64,000 bases of DNA. Origin: Candidatus Hermodarchaeota archaeon (lineage in GTDB: Archaea > Asgardarchaeota > Lokiarchaeia > Sigyniarchaeales > SOKP01). Shown piece by piece: positions 21,308 to 30,802 of the stretch; the stretch's first letter is position 1, and every line of letters starts with the position of its first letter. A model generated the notes under the pieces. That model saw only the letters and a program-made list of their open reading frames with translations, ran no database searches and was not told the origin of the DNA. The stretch spans positions 1 to 64,000 of the forward strand of contig JBHLLO010000007.1 of assembly GCA_048885535.1 (NCBI GenBank), in the 5' to 3' direction. A program made the position numbers and the translations under genes.

Positions 21308-21757
21308 TTATATTGGTTTAAAATACTCAATATCTAAAATTCTTTTTCTTGGTTTTTCCTTAAAAACAGCTTCAACTTTCATACCAACTTTTAGCTTATT
21401 AGGATCACTTTCTTTAATCAAATGTACAAAATCTGTATCTGCTCCTTCTAATCTAATTCTGGCATAAGCAAACGGAGGTTCCAATGGCAATACAGGCGTA
21501 GAATGGGTGATAATGGTAAAACCTGTTATAGTTCCTATGTTTCCCACTTCAACCCATTCTACCATTTTCTCAAAACATTCAAAACATATCATTTTTGGTG
21601 GAATAAACACTTTCTTACATTTCGGGCACTTCACTCCCATAATCTTTTGATTTTTACCAATATCTGTAATAAATTTCTCTACATAAGCGCCTGCGGTATG
21701 TTTGTAAGGAACTTTTATTCTACCTTTAAATATTTTCTTTTCTATTTCTTCTCCCAT
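21308..21757 (-). CDS. DUF35 Zn-ribbon/OB-fold protein
   Basis: CPKCKKVFIPPKMICFEC; ATG at 21757 follows a GAGGTG SD (ORF track extends to 21766). Confidence 0.9.
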   Translation of the reverse strand: MGEEIEKKIFKGRIKVPYKHTAGAYVEKFITDIGKNQKIMGVKCPKCKKVFIPPKMICFECFEKMVEWVEVGNIGTITGFTIITHSTPVLPLEPPFAYARIRLEGADTDFVHLIKESDPNKLKVGMKVEAVFKEKPRKRILDIEYFKPI

Positions 21758-21770
21758 TATGCCCACCTCT

Positions 21771-22259
21771 TTATTTTTCCTCTTCTATAATTCTAAAATA
21801 TGGGATATCACCAATATTACCTTCTCTTTCCTCTTTAAATACAGCCTCAACTCGCTGACCAACACGCATTTTGGTATGATCGGTTTCATCCAAGAAATGC
21901 ATAGTATATGTATCCGCACCATCAAGCTTGAATATAGCATACCCATAAGGAAAAGGTCTCATACCACCAGTATTAGGATCAATAAAAGGATAATTCACTA
22001 CAGTAAATCCCATTAACGTACCTTTTGTGGATAATTCCACCATATCATCAAGATTCATTTCAACTAAACAATCTGCACATACAGCTCTTGGAGGAAAGTG
22101 AACTTTGCCACACTTTGGACATTTACTTCCTAAAATTTTCTTATTTAATTTTAATTCTTCAAAAAACTTAACTGCAAGTTTTCCTATTGAATATCTATAT
22201 GGAAGATCAGTTTTCCATTTTATCTCAAATACTTTTTCTTGGTCTTTTCTTTTACTCAT
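21771..22259 (-). CDS. DUF35 Zn-ribbon/OB-fold protein
   Basis: CPKCGKVHFPPRAVCADC; ATG at 22259 follows a GAGGTGA SD (ORF track extends to 22268). Confidence 0.9.
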   Translation of the reverse strand: MSKRKDQEKVFEIKWKTDLPYRYSIGKLAVKFFEELKLNKKILGSKCPKCGKVHFPPRAVCADCLVEMNLDDMVELSTKGTLMGFTVVNYPFIDPNTGGMRPFPYGYAIFKLDGADTYTMHFLDETDHTKMRVGQRVEAVFKEEREGNIGDIPYFRIIEEEK

Positions 22260-22264
22260 TAAAT

Positions 22265-23431
22265 TCACCTCATAGGCTCTTTACCTAATATTAATAATTC
22301 AGTCCAAAGACTTCCTCCAAATCCCATTGAAAGAGCTTTCTCTACATCTGGGACTTGCCTTTTCTCACCTCTACCCATTACCTGGATTGCGGCTTCTGCT
22401 ACTCTTACTAAAGCTGTAGCTCCAATGGGATTAGTACTTAAGACTCCACCTGATGGATTAACGGGTAATTCACCACTCATCTGGGTAATTCCTTCATCTA
22501 ATATTTTCCCCCCTTCTCCTTTTTCACAGAACTGTAGGCCTTCTGTCCATGCTAACTCACTCCAAGAAGTAGGTTCATATATTTCAGCAACGTCTAAATC
22601 TTTGACAGCATTTTTAATCCCAGCTTTTTTATAAGCTACTTTTGCGGCTATTGTAGCAGAAGGTAGATCATACATTAACGTATCAGTTCCATATGTATAA
22701 TAATGAGCTGTTGCAACAGATTGAACCCAAGCAGGATTATCTGTTATCTTTTTCGTTTCTTCCTCATTAGCATATATAATCGCACATGCACCCTCACTTT
22801 GGGGACAACAATCATGCAATCTTAGAGGAGGTGATATTAATTGAGAACTCATAACATAATCTACAGTGATATTGGGCATCTGAAGATGAGCAAATGGGTT
22901 ATTTGCAGCATTACTTCTATTTTTTACAGTTACCTTCGCTGCTTGTTCTGGTGTAATTCCATATTTTGCCGCATAAGTACTTGCCATCAAAGCAAGGGGA
23001 CCTAAGGCTCCTGCTAAAGAGGGTCTTTCCCAAACAGGATCAAAGGCAGTAATAATTCCTGTTGTTGCACCCCCTTCATTTAACTTTTCCCAACCAATTA
23101 CTAATACTTTATTATAAATCCCCGATGCAACATTATAGTATCCACAGATTGCTAAAGAACTCCCAGTAGTACCTCCTGTTGCTACTTTAACAACTGGTTT
23201 CAAATATCCAGGTGCAGCATCAATCCCACACCATAATTCAGAGAAATTAACTCCTTCAAAATGGTCCATATTACCAATAATTATAGCGTCAATATCTTTA
23301 GGCTCAAGTTGAGCATCATCCAACGCCATTTTTGTAGCTTCGTAGATCATTTCAGGTATATTTACATCTCTACGTTTACTTCTAAATTTTGTTTGACCAA
23401 TTCCAACAACTGCAACATCATTTTTAGTCAT
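22265..23431 (-). CDS. Thiolase-fold protein, Ltp3-like
   Basis: VAVVGIGQTKF, KVATGGTTG (no Cys), AEIYEP.SW.E and NPSGGVLSTNPIGATA; ATG at 23431 follows GGAGGTG. Confidence 0.88.
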   Translation of the reverse strand: MTKNDVAVVGIGQTKFRSKRRDVNIPEMIYEATKMALDDAQLEPKDIDAIIIGNMDHFEGVNFSELWCGIDAAPGYLKPVVKVATGGTTGSSLAICGYYNVASGIYNKVLVIGWEKLNEGGATTGIITAFDPVWERPSLAGALGPLALMASTYAAKYGITPEQAAKVTVKNRSNAANNPFAHLQMPNITVDYVMSSQLISPPLRLHDCCPQSEGACAIIYANEEETKKITDNPAWVQSVATAHYYTYGTDTLMYDLPSATIAAKVAYKKAGIKNAVKDLDVAEIYEPTSWSELAWTEGLQFCEKGEGGKILDEGITQMSGELPVNPSGGVLSTNPIGATALVRVAEAAIQVMGRGEKRQVPDVEKALSMGFGGSLWTELLILGKEPMR

Positions 23432-23432
23432 T

Positions 23433-24590
23433 TTATAATTCACCTCCAAAAATTAAAACACAATTTCCTTGAGAACAAATCCCATTCATTCCATTTGCTA
23501 ACCCTAACTTTGCATCATTAATTTGCCTTTCACCTGCCTTACCCATTAATTGTAAAGCAATTTCTGCCACACGAATTAAGCCATTCGCCATTGTTGGATT
23601 ACTTGAAAGTACACCTCCAGATGGATTTACTGGTATATTTCCAGTCATTTGAGTTTCACCACTATCAATAAATTCGCCACCTTTTCCTTTATTGCAGAAA
23701 CCCAAAGCTTCATAAATCATTAGTTCATGAACTGAAAAAGCATCATAAACCTCAGCAACATCTAAATCCTCTGTAGGCTTTTTTATTCCTGCCATTTTAT
23801 ACGCTTCTTTAGCAGCTAGTTCAAGCCCAATTAAATCTGTCATAGACCGATGACCTAAATAATATGCATCGGTACAGCTTCCATATCCTTTTAACCAAAC
23901 AGGATTATCTGTTAACTTCTTCGCCACTTTTTCATTGGTTAGTAGCATTGCTACAGCACCATCAGAAAAAGGAGGAAATTCTAGCTCTTTTAAAGGATAA
24001 GCCATTAATGGAGAATTGAGAACGTCCTCTAAAGCAACTTCTGTCCTTAAATGAGCAAAAGGATTGTTGAGAGCATTCTTCCTATTTTTCACTACCACTT
24101 TTGCGGCTTGTTCTACACTAACACCATATTTAGTCATATACATATTTGCCATTAAACCTGCAGAGGATATTTGATCTAAACCTAAATGTCTTTGGTAATA
24201 AGGATCAAATATAGTATTATTTACAAGATACTGATTTACCTCTGAACACTTACAATGTGACACAACCATAACAGTATCATATTCTCCAGAAAGAATTCTC
24301 ATTGCTGCATATATATAAGCGAAAGCACCATCACCAGAAACCCTAGACTCTGATTTTCCGACTGTACCTACAGCATCTTGAATTGCCATATTGGCAATAG
24401 TTCTGCCATCATTAAAATCATTTGAACTTGTTATAACAGACCCAACATCATCATTATTTATTCCTAGATCATTATGTAATTTCTTTACAACTTCAAAGAC
24501 AAGCTCCATATAAGTCTGATCTATCTTCTCTGCCTCATATTTGGTCTGAGCAACTCCCACTATCGCAACTTTATCCATCTTAACATACAT
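23433..24590 (-). CDS. Thiolase-fold protein, Ltp4-like
   Basis: ESRVSGDGAFAYIYA.MRILSGEYD and NPSGGVLSSNP. Confidence 0.85.
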   Translation of the reverse strand: MYVKMDKVAIVGVAQTKYEAEKIDQTYMELVFEVVKKLHNDLGINNDDVGSVITSSNDFNDGRTIANMAIQDAVGTVGKSESRVSGDGAFAYIYAAMRILSGEYDTVMVVSHCKCSEVNQYLVNNTIFDPYYQRHLGLDQISSAGLMANMYMTKYGVSVEQAAKVVVKNRKNALNNPFAHLRTEVALEDVLNSPLMAYPLKELEFPPFSDGAVAMLLTNEKVAKKLTDNPVWLKGYGSCTDAYYLGHRSMTDLIGLELAAKEAYKMAGIKKPTEDLDVAEVYDAFSVHELMIYEALGFCNKGKGGEFIDSGETQMTGNIPVNPSGGVLSSNPTMANGLIRVAEIALQLMGKAGERQINDAKLGLANGMNGICSQGNCVLIFGGEL

Positions 24591-24759
24591 AATTATTTTA
24601 TGTCATTTAAATTAAAATTAATATATTATTGATTAAATCTTATATAAATAAATTTTTAATTAGATAAATAGAATATCATAAATTAATGATAGTTTAATTT
24701 CCTGCTAAAAGCTTTAACAGATTTGTTCAAAATAAAAAAAATAAAAAATTTTTCTAACT

Positions 24760-25728
24760 TTAATAATTGACCTTATCAAGACCTTTAAGTTTGAGCATTT
24801 TTCTTGTTTCATCAGGAGTAGCTATATCACGTCCAAGGTCATTAACTATCCTTACCATTTTCTCAACTAATTCAGCATTACTTTTTGCCAAAATTCGCTC
24901 TTTCTTTTCGACATCATAACCTAAAGATACATTGTCTTCCAAACCAACTCTTATATGCCCACCCATTGTTGCTGATATAGCTCCTAGATGGAATTCTCTG
25001 GGATATCCTAGTCCAATTACTGACCAAGTAAAACTTTTTTCTCCAAGGAGTCTAAAAGCTTCAGTATGTAAATGCATCAACTCCCATGGTGTATTTCCAG
25101 TTCCACCTAGTACCCCTAAAACAAACTGCATATGAAGAGGAAGTTTTAGCCATCCAAATCTAACCATAGCTCCGGCATTCCAGAGACCACTGGTACTATA
25201 AATTTCAAGTTCAGGTTTCACATCATTTTCATACATCGTTTTAACAAACTTCTCTAGATCTATAAAACTGTTCTGAAAAACCAATCCCTTACTCATATTT
25301 ACTAATGCTTTCTCCCATGGAAATTTCCATTCTTGAATTTTTTCTGCTAATGGAAAGATTGAAAAGTTCATAGATTCACAATTAAAAGAACACATTTCTG
25401 GCTTAAACTCAGGAACAACAGAAATTCTCTCTTCTGCTGTCATTCCAGCACCTCCTCCTGTAGTGCAACAAACCACTACATCTGTTTTAGCTTTAATTTT
25501 TTCGAGAGTTTCCCTCCAAATCCCTAAATCAGAAGAGGGCATAGCAGTTTTAGGATCTCTAACATGAACATGAACAACAGCAGCACCTGCATCACAAGCT
25601 TTTTTAGCTTCCTCAGCGATCTCATCTGGAGTTATTGGTAAATAAGGAGTTTGAGAAGGTATGGTAGCTGAACCTGTGAGGGCACATGTAATAATGCATT
25701 TATCCCTCCAAGCTGTTAGTACAGACAT
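24760..25728 (-). CDS. Beta-keto acid cleavage enzyme (BKACE/DUF849, Kce family)
   Basis: IITCALTG, PYLPITPDEIA, AGAAVVHVHVRD and GGHIRVGLEDN. Confidence 0.92.
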   Translation of the reverse strand: MSVLTAWRDKCIITCALTGSATIPSQTPYLPITPDEIAEEAKKACDAGAAVVHVHVRDPKTAMPSSDLGIWRETLEKIKAKTDVVVCCTTGGGAGMTAEERISVVPEFKPEMCSFNCESMNFSIFPLAEKIQEWKFPWEKALVNMSKGLVFQNSFIDLEKFVKTMYENDVKPELEIYSTSGLWNAGAMVRFGWLKLPLHMQFVLGVLGGTGNTPWELMHLHTEAFRLLGEKSFTWSVIGLGYPREFHLGAISATMGGHIRVGLEDNVSLGYDVEKKERILAKSNAELVEKMVRIVNDLGRDIATPDETRKMLKLKGLDKVNY

Positions 25729-25916
25729 TTATCTATCACTCTATTTTTTTTATATATGTTTGATAATTCTAATTTCAATTTACTTGTTAATACTATAGGT
25801 TTATAATTTATCGGATTTAAAAAATATAAATATTTCTTTAACTTGATTCGAAAATAGCTATTTAGATTACAAATTTAAAAAAAAAAGATTTTAAAAGTCT
25901 TAAAATGAAATAAATT

Positions 25917-26996
25917 TCAAATCTCATTACTACTTTCTTTAAAATAACTAAATACTGTATCAGTAAATAATTCTAAGGCTTGAAAGTATTTTCCAACTCC
26001 CCACACTTCAATTAAAAAATGCTCTACACCAGCTTTAATATACTCATCAATTTGTTCAATACATTCTTCTGGACTCCCCGAAATAACCATTGAATCTATA
26101 ATGTCTTGGGGTATATTTTCTTTAGCAAAGTCAGTAATCTCCTTTTCTTTTTCTTTATTTTCCAATTCTTTCATTGTTTCCTTATAATAACGTCCGTGAA
26201 CAATATTATCTGGTATTTTTATATGCAAATCTTCAAGAATATAGGGATTTACGCTTATTGAAAGACCTCCCATTCGAGCCATCTGTCGAGCAAGTTCAGG
26301 ATTATCTCTACTAATTACTACAAATACTTCACAAGCTTTCTCAATTTCATCTAATCTCCCTGCTTTTCCTAAGATTTTCAAATTTTTTTCATATAACTTA
26401 GCATTATGAGCACTTGGAATCCATCCATCTGCATATTTTCCTGTAAATTCAATTAATCGCGGTCCATTTGCAGCTAACCAAATTTCGGGGAGTTGCTTTA
26501 TTGAGTACTGTAGACGAGCATTATTTAGGCTAAAAAATTTACCTGAATAATTAACAGTTATGTCTCTTGATTGAGTTGTTTTCCATAACTCCTTTATAAC
26601 TTCCAATGATTCAATCAATCTTGAAACAGGTTTGTTCCAATTTATTCCAAAGTCATTTAAATTCATTGCTTCTCCAGCACCTAAACCTAAAATGAATCTG
26701 TTCCCTGATAACTTTTGTAATGTTAATGAATCTAAAGCTATTTGAGCCGGATGTCGTCTATGTGAATCACAAACGCACGAACCTATCTTTATATTCTTGG
26801 TTTCCAAAGCAGCAATAGGTAATAAAACATTACAGCTGGGAACTTCTTTAGTATCTGTTGCATTTAAATGATCCCATATAAAAGTAGAGTCATATCCCAT
26901 TTTTTCAGCAAAAGCAATTGATTTTATGTAGTCTTTAGTTTTCAATCCTAATGTACCAACATTTGCACCATGCTGAATCCCAAATTTTACATCCAT
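25917..26996 (-). CDS. LLM-class (luciferase-like, probably F420-dependent) oxidoreductase
   Basis: AEKMGYDSTFIWDH, RRHPA, GNRFILGLGAGE and IWLAANGP. Confidence 0.88.
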   Translation of the reverse strand: MDVKFGIQHGANVGTLGLKTKDYIKSIAFAEKMGYDSTFIWDHLNATDTKEVPSCNVLLPIAALETKNIKIGSCVCDSHRRHPAQIALDSLTLQKLSGNRFILGLGAGEAMNLNDFGINWNKPVSRLIESLEVIKELWKTTQSRDITVNYSGKFFSLNNARLQYSIKQLPEIWLAANGPRLIEFTGKYADGWIPSAHNAKLYEKNLKILGKAGRLDEIEKACEVFVVISRDNPELARQMARMGGLSISVNPYILEDLHIKIPDNIVHGRYYKETMKELENKEKEKEITDFAKENIPQDIIDSMVISGSPEECIEQIDEYIKAGVEHFLIEVWGVGKYFQALELFTDTVFSYFKESSNEI

Positions 26997-27175
26997 GTTT
27001 ATCTACATATGTATTAATTGGATTATATTTAATTCAAAAATAAATAATAATGTATAATCTATTTTGTTCCTTAAAACATTTAACACTAATGGAGAAAAAA
27101 ACTTGAAAACTTGCTGAAAATTACAAAATGGTTTTGAAAAATTATTGAAAAAATAAAATAAAAATTAGTTAAAGA

Positions 27176-27655
27176 TTACAATTCTTCCCAATATAAAATA
27201 TCTTTTAGTGTTCCTTCCCGTTTATCTTTAGATCGTAAAATAGCTTTAACCTTTAGTCCAACAAAGTCCTTATTAAGGTCGTTAGTCTTAATGATGCCTA
27301 GCATTGCACTAGTAGTACCTTCAATATCAATAAAAGCAACAACTTTTGGACTTGCTAAATTAACACCATGAGCATTAAGTTTAGCTACAGTGAATAACCT
27401 TATAGTACCTTTAGCAGGTACTTCATTCCAATTGCTATTAGGAATTTCTTCAAAGCAATCTTCACAATATAAACGTGGGGGACAATATATTTTACTGCAT
27501 TTGGTACATTTACACGCTAAAAAGGTATCTTTACTCATAAGATGCTTAAAAAATTTATCACCAGCAATTCCGCTTGAGTAAAAATAATCCGCTTGCATAT
27601 CCCCTCGCCAATGCATTGGAGTAGTTGGATCCGTTTGTTTTTCTAAAAATCCCAT
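27176..27655 (-). CDS. DUF35 Zn-ribbon/OB-fold protein
   Basis: CTKCSKIYCPPRLYCEDC and REGTLKDI. Confidence 0.9.
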   Translation of the reverse strand: MGFLEKQTDPTTPMHWRGDMQADYFYSSGIAGDKFFKHLMSKDTFLACKCTKCSKIYCPPRLYCEDCFEEIPNSNWNEVPAKGTIRLFTVAKLNAHGVNLASPKVVAFIDIEGTTSAMLGIIKTNDLNKDFVGLKVKAILRSKDKREGTLKDILYWEEL

Positions 27656-28194
27656 TAATCTCCACCTCCTTTCAAAGGTTTGAAGTATTTAATATCTGTT
27701 ATTGAACCTTCTCTTTCATTTTCTGGTTTCCATACAGCTTTAACTTTCATCCCTATTTTAATCTCATCTTTAGTCATTTCACCAAAATAAGTCATGAATC
27801 CATGATGTGGAGGTGTACCATCGAGATCAACCACTCCTACGAGAATTGGTTCTTCAATTCTTCTTGCATCAGGGTCTAAATACGAGATTGAGAATGTTTC
27901 AATAATTCCTGTATCTGGTAATTCTATCCATTCTTCAGTTGGGCCAAAACAGTATTCACAGAACATGCGTGGTGGTACAATAATCCTCTTACATCTTTTA
28001 CAATGAATTCCATAGATTTTACCTTTTTTCAATCCCTGTAAAAATTTACTCATCGCTGGACCTAAAGACCAACTATACTGAACCTCAGGTTCCCACCAAG
28101 TATATGTAATCTTTTTATCGCTTATATCACTCTCATGAACATGAGTTCCTGGAGCATAGGGAGGCCATTCCTTATATTTTTTCTTTTCTACCAT
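27655..28194 (-). CDS. DUF35 Zn-ribbon/OB-fold protein
   Basis: CKRCKRIIVPPRMFCEYC and EREGSITDIKYF; ATG at 28194 follows a GAGGTGA SD (ORF track extends to 28218). Confidence 0.9.
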   Translation of the reverse strand: MVEKKKYKEWPPYAPGTHVHESDISDKKITYTWWEPEVQYSWSLGPAMSKFLQGLKKGKIYGIHCKRCKRIIVPPRMFCEYCFGPTEEWIELPDTGIIETFSISYLDPDARRIEEPILVGVVDLDGTPPHHGFMTYFGEMTKDEIKIGMKVKAVWKPENEREGSITDIKYFKPLKGGGD

Positions 28195-28214
28195 TTTTTT
28201 ATCACCTCTCTTAA

Positions 28215-29378
28215 TCACCCTCTCCTAAGGAGTATCACAGTTCCCATTTGCATAATATCACCCCAAGCTTGACCTACCCCAATCCTTGGGTCTCCTGGGA
28301 TTTGCCTTTTACCTGCCACTCCTTTTAATTGCCAATACAATTCACAAACCTTCTGAGCCATCGTTGCTGCAATTGGATTTCCTACACCTAATAATCCTCC
28401 AGAAGGACAAACTGGAAGATCCCCATCCCGCTGCGTAACACCCTCACGTGTAATAATGGGAGCCTCTCCTTTCTTACAAAGCAAAAGACCCTCAAGGTGA
28501 TGCAATTCTTTATATGAAAATGGATCATAAGGTTCGGCAAAATCGATTTCCTTTATAGGATTTTCAATTTTAGCCATCTTATATGCCATTTTGGCTGCTT
28601 GTGCAACATAACGTGGAAAATATAAATCTCTATTAGTCCACATTGTACTATCGATACTCCATCCTGTACCAGCAACATAAATTGGGTCATCTGTAAACTT
28701 ATGTACAATATCTTTATTACAAAATATTAATGCTGCTGCTCCATCACTAGGAGGACTAATATCTAATCTGTTCACAGGCCACGCCATTATCTCAGAATTT
28801 AAAACATCTTCTACAGTGATGTTTGGATCTGCCAATTGTGCACAAGGGTGACCAACAGCATTTCTTTTATTCTTAACGGAGACCAATGCAATGTCTTCTT
28901 TCTTGATACCATGAACTGTCATATAACGATTCATTTCCATAGCAAATAACCAGACAAGGTTAGGTGTGAGGGGTCTATCTAAAATTGGATCCCAAATATG
29001 CCTGAAAGCTGTTTGAGGATGAGGATAACAATTACCCATCTTTTCTTCACATACAACTAAGCATATATCTGCAACACCAGAGGCTACATGCCACCATCCA
29101 GCAATTGGAGCAAAAACACCAGTGCCACCACCATTAAATACTCGAACGTATGGCTTGCCCACAGCAGCTGAACCATCTATTAGGTTTTCTCCTTTCATAT
29201 GGATGCCATCGAAGGCATCAGGAGCACTACCCATTACGACCATATCAATATCATCTTTTTCTATGCCGGAATCTTCCATTGCCATTTTCGTAGCTAAATA
29301 GGAAAGTTCTTTTCCACTTTCCTTTAAATGTCTACGGAAAAGGGTCATCCCGGCTCCTATAACTGCTACTTCTTTCAC
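28215..29378 (-). CDS. Thiolase-fold protein, Ltp3-like
   Basis: RVFNGGGTG, AEPYDPFSYKELHHLE and PSGGLLGVGNPIAA. Confidence 0.88.
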   Translation of the reverse strand: MKEVAVIGAGMTLFRRHLKESGKELSYLATKMAMEDSGIEKDDIDMVVMGSAPDAFDGIHMKGENLIDGSAAVGKPYVRVFNGGGTGVFAPIAGWWHVASGVADICLVVCEEKMGNCYPHPQTAFRHIWDPILDRPLTPNLVWLFAMEMNRYMTVHGIKKEDIALVSVKNKRNAVGHPCAQLADPNITVEDVLNSEIMAWPVNRLDISPPSDGAAALIFCNKDIVHKFTDDPIYVAGTGWSIDSTMWTNRDLYFPRYVAQAAKMAYKMAKIENPIKEIDFAEPYDPFSYKELHHLEGLLLCKKGEAPIITREGVTQRDGDLPVCPSGGLLGVGNPIAATMAQKVCELYWQLKGVAGKRQIPGDPRIGVGQAWGDIMQMGTVILLRRG

Positions 29379-29392
29379 TTTTTTACACCTCC

Positions 29393-30637
29393 CTAACCTC
29401 TCTTAAATATTGCTACTGCACCACTCCCAGAAGGGATACCTCTCCAAGCTTGAGCAAGGCCAACTTCTACATTAGTGACTTGTCTCTTACCAGCATGACC
29501 ACGAAGTTGCATGATAATTTCAAGAGCTTTTTGCATTCCAGTAGCTTCAAAACAATTTCCCACACCTAATGATCCTCCAGATGTGTTCGTAGGAAGTGAA
29601 CCATTGATTTCTAAAGCTCCCTCCTCTATTAATTGTTTTGCTTCGCCAGGTCTGGCAAGCCCTAAAGCTTCGAGATGTTGAAGTTCTTTATATGAAAATC
29701 TATCATCAACTTCAGCAATATCAATTTCTTCTCTAGGTTCTGAAATGCCAGCCATTTTATATGCCATCTTCGCTGCTAACCTGGCATATCCAGCATTCAT
29801 ACCTCTTGTACCCAACCAAGGAGTTTCTGAAGAATAACCAAATCCCGCTAAGTATATAGGTTCAATTCCTAAGCTTTTTGCGGTTTTACCATCGGCAAGT
29901 ACAAAACATATAGCACCATCAACATTTGGACTAATGTCTAATCTTTTGACTGGTTTAAAGAGATATTCAGATTTCATTACATCCTCAATTGATATTAGAG
30001 CTTCATAATCTGCATATGGATTAAAGAACGCATTTTTTTTATTTTTTACAACGACAGCAGCACATTGTTCTTCCGTAGTTCCTGTTGTCTTTAAATAATG
30101 TTGCATTTCTATTCCTGCCATAAAATATGGATGAATTCGCTCCTTTTCATCAGAACTTCCTATTAATGGCTTGGGAGCCTCTGGAGTATACTCCGGACTT
30201 CCTCCATAATTAGGTCTTTCAACAGGTCCAGAAACAGGTCGTTCAAATCGTGGATCAAAAGCTTGTAACACAATATCCCCAAATGTAAGTAAATCAGAAA
30301 TTTTACTATGTGCTTCTACTGCAACGACATCTAGATGTCCTGTTTTAATTTGCATATAAGCATTTGCTAACCCGAAAAGGCCATCACCACATACAGTACA
30401 ACAAGGTCTCAAGACTGCGCCAACTTGATCTGGCACAAACTCATCGAAAATGCTGAAGCCTTCCCAATAATCTTCTGCACATGTTATGAAACTATTAATG
30501 TCCTTTCTAGCATTAATACCTGCATCGACATAAGCTTTCTTACATGCTTCATACATTATTTCTTTCCATTGTATATCTGGTGTCATGGAATTAAAATTAG
30601 TATGCCCAATTCCAATGACACATACTTTTCTCGCCAT
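29393..30637 (-). CDS. Thiolase-fold protein, Ltp4-like, with a Pro/Gly-rich insertion
   Basis: TVCGDGLFGLANAYMQIKTG, AEVDDRFSYKELQHLE and NTSGGSLGVGN. Confidence 0.85.
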   Translation of the reverse strand: MARKVCVIGIGHTNFNSMTPDIQWKEIMYEACKKAYVDAGINARKDINSFITCAEDYWEGFSIFDEFVPDQVGAVLRPCCTVCGDGLFGLANAYMQIKTGHLDVVAVEAHSKISDLLTFGDIVLQAFDPRFERPVSGPVERPNYGGSPEYTPEAPKPLIGSSDEKERIHPYFMAGIEMQHYLKTTGTTEEQCAAVVVKNKKNAFFNPYADYEALISIEDVMKSEYLFKPVKRLDISPNVDGAICFVLADGKTAKSLGIEPIYLAGFGYSSETPWLGTRGMNAGYARLAAKMAYKMAGISEPREEIDIAEVDDRFSYKELQHLEALGLARPGEAKQLIEEGALEINGSLPTNTSGGSLGVGNCFEATGMQKALEIIMQLRGHAGKRQVTNVEVGLAQAWRGIPSGSGAVAIFKRG

Positions 30638-30802
30638 TATTTTTCACAATATTTTTTGTTAATTTTTAATCTATTCCTTAATTCGTTTTTGTAGTTAGAT
30701 TTTTAATAGATTTGATATTTTATTGTTATGTTTTATTTTGATTAAAACATTTCTAATAATTAAAATTCTAATTTTAAATTACAAAAATGTTTATGATGTT
30801 AT

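Noticed and set aside
25917-26996. LLM protein as methylene-H4MPT reductase (mer), given ftr/mtd in the window
   Set aside because: Only generic LLM motifs, and it lies in the lipid island 25 kb from mtd.
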